Source: Octopus bimaculoides (lineage: Eukaryota). From it: a stretch of DNA of 52,912 bases. The notes below the pieces were generated by a model that did not search any database, was not told the DNA's origin, and was given only the letters and a program-made list of their open reading frames with translations. Where the stretch lies: the NCBI RefSeq assembly GCF_001194135.2, contig NC_068983.1, positions 20,861,412 through 20,914,323 on the forward strand. Reading direction: 5' to 3'. Shown here in pieces: positions 37,798-50,051 of this stretch; position 1 is the stretch's first letter; each line of letters begins with the position of its first letter. The position numbers and the translations under genes were made by a program.

Positions 37798-38821
37798 TAC
37801 ACACATATATATGTATATATAAATATGTATACACACATATATATATACACATATATGCATATGCATATACATATATATATATATATANNNNNNNNNNNNN
37901 NNNNNNNNNNNNNNNNNNNNNNNNNNNNNNNNNNNNNNNNNNNNNNNNNNNNNNNNNNNNNNNNNNNNNNNNNNNNNNNNNNNNNNNNNNNNNNNNNNNN
38001 NNNNNNNNNNNNNNNNNNNNNNNNNNNNNNNNNNNNNNNNNNNNNNNNNNNNNNNNNNNNNNNNNNNNNNNNNNNNNNNNNNNNNNNNNNNNNNNNNNNN
38101 NNNNNNNNNNNNNNNNNNNNNNNNNNNNNNNNNNNNNNNNNNNNNNNNNNNNNNNNNNNNNNNNNNNNNNNNNNNNNNNNNNNNNNNNNNNNNNNNNNNN
38201 NNNNNNNNNNNNNNNNNNATATATATATATAAGTATGCTAAAAATTACAAGCAGAATGTGGAAAATTGACAACAAAACTGTTAGAGTAGGAAGAAAAAAA
38301 ACGTGATTTGGCTTACTATTCACTGTGAGCGGAGAATGAAATATTAGCCTGAAATTACATGACGTGGTTAAGAAAATATTTTCCTGTGCGTACGAATACC
38401 ATAATCTCTTCAATAATAACAATGTTAAAGTTACATACATTTGCTTAATGATGTTTTATGTCAAATATCCAACCAGAACCAAATACTTACTAACTTAACT
38501 GCCAGAATGTAACTCTATGAATACGACATCTCGTCCGCTTTACAGCATAGGTTTATGGTTGATATTTGTTGAAAGAAACTTAGGATAAATAATTTATATG
38601 TAGGAAGCCAACTTATACAATATTCTATATTCAAGGCGGTACAGTGTCGTTTGAGGAAATAAGTGATGTGCGCGTGTGGTAAGACATCTGTAGAATGCGA
38701 GCAAAACAAACTATATTGCTCTTGCCAAATTCAAACCTCAATCCGATACATCCACTTCTTTCATCCTATGAAAATTAATAAAATAGCTAACTCCATATTT
38801 ATATTTTACTACATTCAGAAT

Positions 38822-39200
38822 GGTGGAGGCCCAATGGCCCAGTGATTAGGGTAGCGGACTCGCGGTCATAGGATCGCGGTTTCGATTCCCAGATCGGGCG
38901 TTGTGATTGTTTATTGAACGAACACACCTAAAGCTCCACGAGGCTCCGGCAGGAGATGGTGGAGAACCCTGCTGTACTCTTTCCCCACAACTTTCTCTTA
39001 CTTCTTGTTTCTGTTGTGCCTGTAATTCAAAGAGCCAGCTTTGTCACGCTGTGTCACGCTGAATATCCCCGAGAACTACGTTAAGGGTACATGTGTCTGT
39101 GGAGTGCTCAGCCACTTGCACGTTAATTTCACGAGCACGCTGTCCCGTTGATCGGATCAACTGGAACCCTCAACGTCGGAAGCGACGGAGCGCCAACAAT
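38822..39200 (+). mobile_element. SINE family C, full length, TSD
   Basis: Colinear with 16443-16829. TSD ATTCAGAAT at 38813-38821 and 39201-39209. Confidence 0.95.
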
Positions 39201-40159
39201 ATTCAGAATAACTCAAATCACATTACGACTATATTGTAAAGTATCACAGGTACTGTTATGGCATACAAAAATTAAATAATTTAGACCGTGTTAAGCTTGA
39301 TTTAGACTTGACACATTTCAAGGCTTCCGTTGGTTGAACACGAGGTTCAGAAAATAATTCAGGGACAGAAATAGTTAAAGAATCCATCTGAAATATTTCA
39401 ACTGCAAATCTTTCTGCTTTCTCAATAATACTCCTAAAATAGATCATTGTAAAATAAATTACGCAGTATTTCTCTTCACAAAAATACAAGAATATGGTAA
39501 ATGAAGAAATACAAGAACTATAAAAAGACCAGTTGTCCTTCAATGTAAGAGTTATCTAAAGTCCATTGCATCATTCAAAACAATACATGTTGTTCCTATA
39601 TAAGTGAAACGAAGACCTACCACTTCTGTATAATCGCAGCATCGTTCATTTACAATCAGCAGCGTATCGTGCCTTGCCTGTTTTATCTTTATATTCAGTT
39701 ACAAACTACTCTAAATTATCCAGACGAAGTGAACTTGGCACGGAAATCTCGTTAGTGATCATGAAGAAACTAAGTATCGACTTAGTAATCTTATTTCACC
39801 TTGTATACATCCATTTTCAGCGTTTGCAACTCAACATGTGAACAATACACGACAGTTTAGGGAGACTTATAACAATAATAAATATATTACATAGGCCTTA
39901 CTGTAAAACCTTTTAAAAACAGATTCTGTTTACGTTTATGTTCGGATATAAAAAAAATAAATAACACCATTCATAGCTGGAACTCTAAGGACAGAAAAAA
40001 CAAACAAATTTGAAGCTCAAAACGCATCTTGCTAAATAGCATGGTTTTATTGTTGATATTTCTTGTCGTATTCTTTAAATATCTCAAAACTATATTCTTA
40101 TGTATAGACACTCACACACACACGCACGCACATACACACACATACACAGAAAAACACAC

Positions 40160-40210
<51 letters not shown>

Positions 40211-40402
40211 CACACACACACTCACACACACACATATANNNNNNNNNNNNNNNNNNNNNNNNNNNNNNNNNNNNNNNNNNNNNNNNNNNNNNNNNNNNNN
40301 NNNNNNNNNNNNNNNNNNNNNNNNNNNNNNNNNNNNNNNNNNNNNNNNNNNNNNNNNNNNNNNNNNNNNNNNNNNNNNNNNNNNNNNNNNNNNNNNNNNN
40401 NN

Positions 40403-40439
<37 letters not shown>

Positions 40440-41266
40440 GTATATATATATGTATGTATATAAATTGCTACTGTCATGAAAATATCGGTTTTCATGGATT
40501 TTCGTAGAAATGTCCAGCGATATATATTAATGAATTCCTCAACACAATGGAATTGCCATGCGCTGAGAAATGGATACATTTCAAAGAATATTCATTCAGA
40601 TTTTCAGCAACCTTAAAAGTATAGTAACAATAGTGTCCTTACTTGCCCTTCTGTATTTTGCATATGAAAATGGAGACGTTGATATCATATGTTTTCCACG
40701 TTAAAAGATATGTTGGATGAAAGAATATATGAGGGAATTTCTGAAGTTGTTTAAGGAACCATTAATATCACTCATTACTAATTATATTTCAACTTGTTTA
40801 CGAATATTTTTTCTTGAATATTGTCACCCAGCCTCATTTAAAAATAAATCTTTATATGATATATAATGAGCAGCTCAACTACGATTGACAAAGCTTCATC
40901 TTCTTTTGCATTCCAGAAACTCTATGTATGGTATACTTTTTCTTCGTTCCAAGAAGAATACAAACAATCACCATTGGACGCGCGCACGAACAAACACATA
41001 CACACACATCCCTGCACACACATGCCTGCACACACACATATATATATTTACAGATTGGTAGCAGAAATGTCTATTTACCTTATTGATGGTTTATTTGGTG
41101 GCATTTATGGATCACTATATATCAATAATATTTAATTTGCATAAATTCTACTAGTTACTCCACGACGTTATTTTCACGTCTTAACAACGAAACAAAACAT
41201 TTAGGAACTATATCACGCACGATTTACACACAGACACACATACACGCACACACACACATGTGTGTG

Positions 41267-41346
<80 letters not shown>

Positions 41347-41847
41347 CACAAATATCATTTATATATGCATGTATATATATGTATGTATATGTGTGTGTGA
41401 GTGTTTATGTGTGTGAAGTGTGTGTATGCAATTTCTAGTAATGCATTATATCATTATAGAGTAAAATTACATGAAATAATAACAAAATGAAAACGGATGA
41501 ACTGGTAAATATAATATCACGAATCAAAATATTGAATTTGACGAACACGGAAATGCATATTCTAGATATGTGGTACACTATAAGCCCTCCAGCTAAACAT
41601 GCCACATGCGGTAAACGTTTTAATCAAGAACTATCATCCTGCTATAATTGAATAAAGGAAATGTATTTAAATGTCTACATTTGTAAAGATTTCAGATCTT
41701 TTGTTATATTGTTGAGTTCATTAGATTACTTAAGAAAAGATAGTCCTCTGTAATACACATGTTACCTTATAAAGATACAATTGTTATGCACAACGATCGA
41801 TAATTCCCCAATTAACTTTGAGATTGTCAATGTCGTAAATATTCTTC

Positions 41848-41906
<59 letters not shown>

Positions 41907-42123
41907 CATACATACATACATACATACATAGATTCATGCATGCATGCATACATACATACGTGTATACATACATCCATATCTATGTCTACAGAGGTGATAT
42001 TCATCCCCACTTAAACGTGGATGTTATGTCAGAACAAACTATCTGCGGCAGATATGAGAGGAACTCTCATACTGGCTTTTGATGCTAGCAGGGAGATAAA
42101 TCCCCGCCACCTACAGCGCGGAG

Positions 42124-42171
42124 ACCACTAGTTCACGTGATTTCGACTTTCCTTGGTCTTGTCAATGTTAG
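42124..42171 (-). ncRNA. Decayed hammerhead-like motif
   Basis: Minus strand: CTAACA TTGACAA GAC CAAGGAAA GTC GAAA TCACGTGA AC TAGTGG. Core is 2 changes from CTGACGA; stem II is intact and nearly the same as at 24417-24430; stem III palindrome matches 24768-24780. Confidence 0.33.
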
Positions 42172-42538
42172 ACGCTCACCCGCTAGAGATATATATTTCA
42201 ACAAGTTCACTTGCAAATTACGACATCTCTTCCTAATTGATGTGTAACTAGCCCTCTGTATTACCGAAACAGCTTCCTGCTAAAGCGTATAATTCCTTAT
42301 GTTTACAAGTAAATTGGTGCAATCAACCCAAGCATTATTTGCATTTTTATTACATATTTTTCTGGTTCATAGAGCAACTATAGTCAACTTTAATTGTATT
42401 TCTAGTAAATAACGTCAATACCTCCCTTTTGACTTGGACAAACATTTTGGTGTGGAAATCATCTCGATAGAGAGTGTCCTCCTCATCTGCAATATGTTCA
42501 CAATCATATCATTAGGCTACGAATAATGACATAAGACA

Positions 42539-42580
42539 ATAAGACGCAAATGTTTCTACCTCTTATGCTTCATCAGCTAT
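42539..42580 (-). ncRNA. Minimal type I hammerhead-like motif with broken stem II
   Basis: Minus strand: ATAG CTGATGA AGCATAAGAGGTA GAAA C ATTTGC G T C TTAT. Intact CUGAUGA, GAAA, GUC, 2-bp stem III and 4-bp stem I; stem II cannot form. Confidence 0.5.
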
Positions 42581-43009
42581 GAATACCAAATGGTGGGTCA
42601 TAACACTCAAATAATAATTATTCTTATATATATCAACAGCGACTCGTAGTTTTCATGCTTTTATTAAAAGAAACAACCGTTCTTTGAGTGTTATAAATCA
42701 CATATTAGGTGTCCATAGCTGCTAAAACATTACAATGCAGAAACCAATCTATTATCTGCACCAATAATGAGCTTTCGTACATCATTGGGAAGAAACGTTT
42801 CCTCACGTCCATGTGTACCCAACCGCATTAAATATGATTGTAAAACCCAATATTTCATTCTATACTGCTTTGCACACTACTACTTAATCTTTCTCTTTCT
42901 CTACTCTGCACTCTCTCTCTTTATCTATCTATCTAGTTCGCTAGCTAGCTATAGACATACGTACGTAATAAATATATTAGACAGACGAACATGAATATTG
43001 GGTGGTTGG

Positions 43010-43690
43010 GGTGGGGGTCATCCTTCACCACCTGTGTCCTCTCCCCCCTCTTCCTACTCTTCTCCACCATTTCCCAGCTGGTATTCGATTCCTCCTCCTC
43101 AACGTTGTTACTTGTCTTCGTCTGTGATGCCACATCTCTTTCTTCTTCCGCGAAGGTTAGTGGAGCATCAACCACTTTTTTATTCTGTCTCTCCTTATCC
43201 TGTTCTTATAGTGGAGGACAATCCGCTCTAATGTAGCCTTTCAGGCTACATTTATAGCATCGCAGAATCCTCCCTTCTACTCTGACCTTTAATATTGTCT
43301 TTCACACTGATATTCTGGACCTTTTTTCGATGTCTCCATCCTCGATTTGTACTACCATATCAAGGGTTTGTGCCTGCCAGTTCCTATGAGGTGTTTTGGT
43401 ATCCTGTAGGGCCATCACCCTCTCCTCCATTCCAAGCAGTATAGCAGCCACCAGCCAAGCTACATCCACCTCCGGAAGTATTTCCTCCACCCTAACCCTG
43501 GAAGCATGTCTCCCAAGGTAAACAGGTAGAAGAACTACCTCATTCGTTCTCAGTGGTGTTGCTGAGTGCAGCCTGGCGGTAGCTACCTTTCGAAACCGCA
43601 CCTCTACCGTTCTAAATGTCTTTGCCAGACTGGTCTCAACGCCTTTTCTATTTGTGCCGTCGACATATTCGCAATTTTTCTGGCTCCTAT
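43010..43690 (-). mobile_element. Decayed LINE ORF1 (gag-like) with CCHC-type zinc knuckle, probably L1/Tx1 clade
   Basis: Track ORFs 43302-43601 and 42945-43175 share a frame. Reading through TGA (43304) and TAA (43208) gives ...RISV*KTILKVRVEGRILRCYKCSLKGYIRADCPPL*EQDKER... = CX2CX4(H>Y)X4C at 43218-43259. No ORF2 follows. Confidence 0.75.
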
Positions 43691-44237
43691 GTATCTATGA
43701 TGCGAGAAGGGTTTTTGTTTTTGTATTTTCAAGATCTTTCATGTTATTTTAAACTGCATAGACCAGGAGAACTGATTGGTTTAACATGCGAGCATTGAAT
43801 ATTGAACTAAACATATGGTCACTTGCACTTATTTAAAATTTAGCAACTAAGAGTGACTGACCCTAAGCTTTGTTCGTGATCTTAAAAATAAATATGTGAT
43901 AGAAAGTGTAGCCTATCTGATATGATATGTAGAATGCAAGAAATAAAAATCATATATTTTTCTAAGCCACCAGCCACATGTATGGCATCGGTTACTTGGG
44001 GCACAACAGTTCTTGAAGACCTTAAAGACCTTAGGTGCATGAAAATTCCATAGCAGCATGTTGAATGGTCTCACTTTCAGTTGCAGATTGTAAAGATCAA
44101 AAGAGTTGAGGATCTCTTTTATAGAGGTGCCAGCCTCTTTAATGGCAACTACAGTGCCAACTAACTTGTACCATCTGACATGGGTCGATACTTGTTGAGT
44201 AATGTCGGTATTAAACACCCTGCAGAATAACCTTTTT

Positions 44238-44469
44238 CGGCGACGAGCTGGCAGAAACCTTAGCGCGCCGGGCGATGCGCTTAGCGGTATTTCGTCTGCC
44301 GTTAGGTTCTGAGTTCAAATTCTGCCGAGGTCGACTTTGTCTTTCATCCTTTCGGGGTCAATAAATTAAATAACAGTTACGCACTGGCGTCGATGTAATT
44401 GACTTAATCCCTTTGTCTGTCCTTGTTTGTCCCCTCTATGTTTAGCCCCGTGTGGGCAATAAAGAAATA
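44238..44469 (+). mobile_element. SINE family B, full length, 14-bp TSD
   Basis: A-box-like TGGCAGAAACC, B-box-like GAGTTCAAATTC, tail GTGGGCAATAAAGAAATA. TSD AGAATA(A/T)C(C/A)TTTTT at 44224-44237 and 44470-44483 (12/14). Confidence 0.95.
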
Positions 44470-46629
44470 AGAATATCATTTTTAGGAAGATAGTCTGGCA
44501 TGTTCAGAAAAGTCGCTCATGGTCTCTATAATTTTGTGAGATGCGAGGTCAAACTTTCATTTGCAATTTTTTAGGTGTATCGATGATTTCTTTTCATAAT
44601 ACTTTTGTCCATTCTGACATTCTGCATGCAGAGTCAGTTAATAACTGATCCTTAGATGTCACTGAAGCAAAACTAGAATAAACTAAGCTGCTAAGACATC
44701 TCTATTAAGTACAACTTACGAGTAAAGATAACGTTTTTCTTCTCCTTATATTGTCTTTTTCTATTCTAGTCTTGCTCTTCTTCTCCCCAGCAATTGTGCT
44801 TTTTGCAATGAGAGTCAGCGTTCGTCTAAAATCACTGGAAGGAAAAAAGGTTGTCTGAAAAATGTCTCGACTGAGACTTTCGACTGCAGTTGTAGGTAGA
44901 GCTGATAGTACTCACTGTAACGGATCCGTACAACAAAAAAATAATGTACGGTATTTTAAACAAGAATCAATATTTTGTAGAATACCGTCGAGTTAAACCC
45001 TTGTCGTACAATTCTTCCTTTTTTTCTGATTGATATAGTATGTGTTCTCTCATGCTATCCTGGCGTTTATGCCAAATACACTGAAGAATAAATTGTAAAC
45101 AGGCATAGAAAATATACCAAAGAAGCACCTGAACGTCTTGGAGAATGTTAATGTACAACTTCTTACGAGATATTATTTCAGTTTGCTCGATATTGTAAGA
45201 GGTTTCTTTTTCTGAACACACTTCAAGGTATGTTGTTCCGACACATTAGGAAATAGTTTTCAAGAGAGGCTATGAATATTACAAGAGCTGTCTGAATTTC
45301 CATACATTATAAAAAGATTTGTTATTTAAAAATTGTATCTCCAAATATTAAGTACACACTTTCACATATTAAACGAGATACAAAATTATATATTCTTCCA
45401 GTATTTCACATATAAATTTGAATATATTAATATGAAATCATATCTATTTAAGAAGCTCTACTAGTATCGACAAAAACACCGAGCGACACTATTTTACATA
45501 TAATAAAGGCGGTGAGGTGGCAGAATCATGAAAATTATTTTCTTTATTAAATGGTCTTTATGTTAAGCAAAAAACCAGTAGATTTGTGAAAAGTACGTAA
45601 GTCCATACCATTAACTTCAAATCTTGACAGATATTATATTTTCTTAATCATAAAAAAGTAAAAAGCTAAGTCGACCTGTTCGGAATTTGTACTCACAATG
45701 TGAAAAGCGGCAACAAATATGGAAGATAATGTTTTATAACTCTAAAGTTTCTACCAGCTCAAGATTTTATTTTGTGCATTAAATAATAGCTTTTAATTAA
45801 AGCTCAAACCAATTGTTTTGAGGCAATGGAGCTAGACGATGCCTGCACCGAAAGGATAAAAGCTGAAGTTGGTCGTGGCGAGATTTGAACCCAAAAATTA
45901 AACAGTGGAAAAATACCTTTATTCTGCAGCAAATACCAAGACGTTGATTCTACAACATGTTTTATACTTTCATCTCATGCCCTATTTTTATTTTTTTAAA
46001 TGTTATATTTAAATATTAAGGGTCATAAATAAAGGAGTGAAAGAAGAGATGCAGTGATAGAAATAGTTGAAGTAGCAAAGAAAAAATGAAGACAGAGAAA
46101 GAGAGAGAGGAAAGAGGAAGAGAAAAAGTGGAAAAGAGAAAGAAAAGGAGAGAGAGGTCAGAGGATAGTTTTTATGTACAGAATATGACAGTGAATAATT
46201 GCAGTGCAATTATGAAACCCAGATATTTCACGTTGAACAGCCCTGATGCAAAATACAAATGTCTGGCACACGAAATAAATCTGTTGTGAACTGTTCACAG
46301 AAGTAATTGGTGTATTCTTATTCATTTTTTTTTTCTGCTGAAAAAATCAGTCGGAAATAAAGAGAAATTACAGAGAAATCATGAATTAATCCAGAGAACA
46401 CATTCGTTTCTTTCATTGTTTCTTAAATATTTTATTTTTATTATAATAGTAGTAGTTAAATTTATTAATTAGTTCTAACTTGGAAAATGACTTTAATTAT
46501 TCATAAATTGGAAAAGAAAATGCTTTCAATTTAAAAAAGAATATGAAAAATTATGAATGCTGTCCTTCTCCTTCAAAATTCACTCTTCCGGGTTTTTTTT
46601 GTTTGTTTGTTTTCGCTTTAATTTTTTTT

Positions 46630-47184
46630 TTCTTTGTATTTTGCATTGGAGAATTTTTATCTCGGCTGGAAATGTTTGCGGATTGTTTCGAAGACTCCGT
46701 TCTTTGGAATAACCTATGCTAAGTCAAAAGAGCAAATTTCATAGGTAAACAATCGGGGGATACTATATATGAACGCTGAACCTTCTAGAAGAAGCATTTA
46801 AATCACGATATGTTAGAAATATTATGTTAGAAATAAGTTCTACTTCATTTCAAAGCCATTATTTTCCAATCTCAAAACCTACATATAACTCCATTGTGCT
46901 GTGGTACTCTTGTTCTCTTTGTGTTCGAGAGATGATGTGTGGTTGAACAAACGTTGCTTAAACCTGCATTTCTCTGTAACAATGAAGCGTTTACGTTTTG
47001 CGGTTTGGTCCGGTTTAGCTGAAATGATTTCTGCTTCAAATATTATCGGGTTTATTTTGCTTCACCGATTGAATGGGCATGCAACGATGGTTCTACATGT
47101 GGACGTAACCCTACTTAATTTAGTTCGCTTGAGTGTTATAGAAGGATCTGCAAAATCTGAAATTTCAAGGAACTTTTCGACAAG
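46630..47184 (-). mobile_element. Penelope-like element GIY-YIG endonuclease remnant
   Basis: One frame 47097-46840 with 3 stops: CRTIVACPFNR*SKINPIIFEAEII...TEKCRFKQRLFNHTSSLEHKENKSTTAQWSYM*VLRLENNGFEMK*. It matches the PLE pattern CR....CPL.G.C....IIY.A.I ... F K.R..NH.SSF ... ST.LS.YIW.LK ... Y.IKW; two stops are TAG at conserved Trp positions. Confidence 0.75.
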
Positions 47185-47208
47185 GTAATCCATGAGTATG
47201 ATGATTGT

Positions 47209-47348
47209 ATTCGAATTTTGATACAAGGCCAGTAATTTTGGGGGAGGGGGCTAGTCGATTACAACGACCCCAGTGTTCAACTGGTATTTTTTTTATCGAC
47301 CTCAAAAGGATGAAACGCAAAGTCAATGTCATCTGAATTTGAACTGAA
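47209..47348 (-). mobile_element. SINE family B 3' half
   Basis: Reverse complement: TTCAAATTCAGATGACATTGACTTTGCGTTTCATCCTTTTGAGGTCGATAAAA..ACCAGTTGAACACTGGGGTCG...CCCCCTCCCCCAAAATTACTGGCCTTGT. Confidence 0.75.
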
Positions 47349-47647
47349 TTTATTACTATAATAATGATTTAGCATTTACTGCGTTCAAAAATAAAAATGC
47401 CAAGATACAGTTATTATGTGACTTCTAATACGAAGAACAAATGTTTGTAACATTAATTACTTCTCATACACTTCTCCTTTAAACCTCAAGTAAGATATCA
47501 ACATTCTTCTAAGACGAATGAATAAAAATATCCCTATTAAAGACTGGTCTATAAAAACTATCCAACAGGAATTGTCTAAAAAGTGAGTTGTAGCTGTACA
47601 TCAAAGCATTAAAAATATGTCCCATTAATTTACACTGATATGTAAGA

Positions 47648-47751
47648 CGATAATCGACTTATCTCTTTCTCCTCCCAAATTTCTGGTCTTGTGTCAAAAT
47701 TTGAAATCAATTTACAGGGCAAGCGTGGCTGTGTGGTAAGTAGCTTGCTTC
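47648..47751 (+). mobile_element. SINE B tail fragment abutting a 33-bp SINE A head fragment
   Basis: TAATCGACTT...CCCAAATTTCTGGTCTTGTGTCAAAATTTGAAATC, then GCAAGCGTGGCTGTGTGGTAAGTAGCTTGCTTC (47719-47751). Confidence 0.55.
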
Positions 47752-47836
47752 TGGTTTACCGTGATTCATTTGGTTTGTTGGATTTGTACGAGATAGACGG
47801 GAGTTTTTGGCTGCACGATGTTTTTCCTCTTGTGTA

Positions 47837-48075
47837 ATGGAGGGGCGTCGAGTGAGGAGTTGCGAAAGATTAAGTCGTTCTGTGTCAAACGTTGAAAGCT
47901 GCCCTTCCTCGGACAGTGTTGTCTGAGGAAGAAATGGTAGAGTACCCGAAGAAAATGGAGAAGGCCATGGAAGAAAGAAGTTATGCTGCAGCGACGGAAG
48001 AAAAACGTGAAGACATAAAGTTGGAGGATGTAAGCAAATTTAAGGGAATGCTGGGACACCACCTTGAAGAGTTTC
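47837..48075 (+). mobile_element. Probable N-terminal fragment of a LINE ORF1 (frameshifted)
   Basis: ATG at 47837: MEGRRVRSCERLSRSVSNVESCPSSDSVV / frameshift / SEEEMVEYPKKMEKAMEERSYAAATEEKREDIKLEDVSKFKGMLGHHLEE. An SYAAA motif is common at LINE ORF1 N-termini. GC-richer island truncated by a SINE remnant. Confidence 0.45.
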
Positions 48076-48084
48076 ACTCGAAAA

Positions 48085-48250
48085 AAATCAACCCCAGTAC
48101 TTATTGTTTTACGGCCTGGTACTTAATATATCACTCTCCTTTGCCGAGATTTTACGGAGACTTAAACAAACCGACACCAAATTTCAACTGAGCGGAACTG
48201 AACACAAGACAACATGGTTGGGAGGCAAGTTTCTTAACTAAACAACAACT
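48085..48250 (-). mobile_element. Old, internally deleted SINE family A remnant
   Basis: ATCAACCCCAGTACTTATT..CTGGTACTT..CTTTGCCGA..TTACGGAGAC.TAAAC, then GGAACTGAAC..CATGGTTGGGAGGCAAG.TTCTTA, matching the family A body and head in reverse. Confidence 0.6.
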
Positions 48251-48394
48251 CCAATACCAATTGTTAACAGCAAAAACGCACAGAGCGACTGAACCTGGGT
48301 TCACCTGAATTCATATACCAACGGCAACAATATTAACAACGCGAGTTGAGTTTTGACGACTGGTCACGGAACTGAATCTAACATTGGATTTATG

Positions 48395-48613
48395 CTTTTA
48401 CTCTTTTACTTGTTTCAGTCATTTGACTGTGGCCATGCTGGAGTACCACCTTTAGTCGAACAAATCGACCGCAGGAAATATTCTTTGTAAGCCTAGTACT
48501 TATTCTAACGGACAGTTTGGTCGAGCCGCTAAGTTACGGGGGCGTAAACACACCAGCAACGGTTGTCAAGCGATGTTGGGGGGACAAACACAGACACACA
48601 AATATATGCACAC

Positions 48614-48657
<44 letters not shown>

Positions 48658-48822
48658 GTACGACGGGCTTCTTTCAGATTCTGTCTACCAAATCCACTCA
48701 CAAGGCTTTGGTCGGCCCGAGGCTATAGTAGAAGACACTTGCCCAAGGTGCCATGAAGTGGGACTGAACCCGGAACCATGTGGTTCGTAAGCAAGCTACT
48801 TACCACATAGCGACTCCTACGC
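48395..48822 (-). mobile_element. SINE family A, full length
   Basis: Colinear with 14631-15047, including the internal (TA)n and the (AAGAGTAAAAG) tail. Confidence 0.95.
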
Positions 48823-49682
48823 TTATTTGAAAAAAAATATTATCTACATTTGTACGAAAATATATACGTGCCCTCGCAGTCGATTATTTATGATGATTCA
48901 TACTACTATGTTTATGTGCGATACAAGATTAATATTCGTTTCTCAAAGATTTCAATCCTTTTAAGCCTATAGTTACTTAAATACCATCTTAAGGAACAAG
49001 TTCCGTGAGGATGGAAAATTGAAATATTGAGAAGTAGGAAAGAAATTTAAGAAGCATTAATATGGGTTTGGAAATTGTGTTTCTTTATACCTCTTCACAC
49101 AACTCTTCGAATATTTACCAAACAATATTTGCTTGCACATCCCCTCCACACCCCCACCCCGCATACACACACACATATATCTATATACACACATACATAA
49201 ATGTATATACACGTATATATATAAATATATATATATATACATAATGCCTCTCCCAAGGTTTAATTATATATATATATATTACACACGTATATATCAGATA
49301 CATATGTGGATGCCCACATGAAAAATATAAATAGTAAATATATATATATATATATATATATGTTTAAGTTTGAGAGTGTGAATGAACGCGTGTGTGTTTA
49401 TGCAAGTGTATGCACATATGCACACGTGTGTCTAAATTTATGTCTTCTTTAACTGAAACTTATATTTCAGTTTGCTAAGGAAATATTTGGGCAAAATTTT
49501 ATGCTGCTGTTTAGAATATTCCGTCATATTTTTTTAACTGGTTTATAGGTAACATATTAGGTATTCTATACATTAAAACGCACAAGAATATAACTATTTT
49601 GTCTATATATCTGTCTACATGAATGTGTGTTTGATTATGTCCTTGCGAGATTATAGTGTACGTGCTTATATGTATATACATA

Positions 49683-49880
49683 GGGAAAATTCACAAAAAA
49701 AAAATCACAACAGACGATGACAGGTAGTGTAGAAAACAAACAGATGCATTAGTATAACGCTCAGGAATTGAAAAAGTCTTTAATGTTTCGAGCCTACGCT
49801 CTTCCACAGAAAGGAACACAGAAAGAAACAAGGAGAGAAAACAATGTGTGTAGTGGTTAGCGATCTATCATGGCGAAACC
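49683..49880 (-). mobile_element. Penelope pLTR-like repeat carrying a variant minimal hammerhead (49778-49813)
   Basis: Minus strand: CTTT CTGTGGAA GAGC GTAG GCTC GAAAC ATT AAAG. Stem I CTTT/AAAG, perfect 4-bp stem II, GAAAC; the core has U in place of A6 and an extra A. The extent of the element is approximate. Confidence 0.5.
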
Positions 49881-49957
49881 ACGTACACTATAAACTCGCA
49901 CAGATATAAATAGTCAAACATTCATGTAGATAGATTGTATGTATATATATACATGTA

Positions 49958-50011
<54 letters not shown>

Positions 50012-50051
50012 NNNNNNNNNNNATACATACACACACACACACACACACGCA

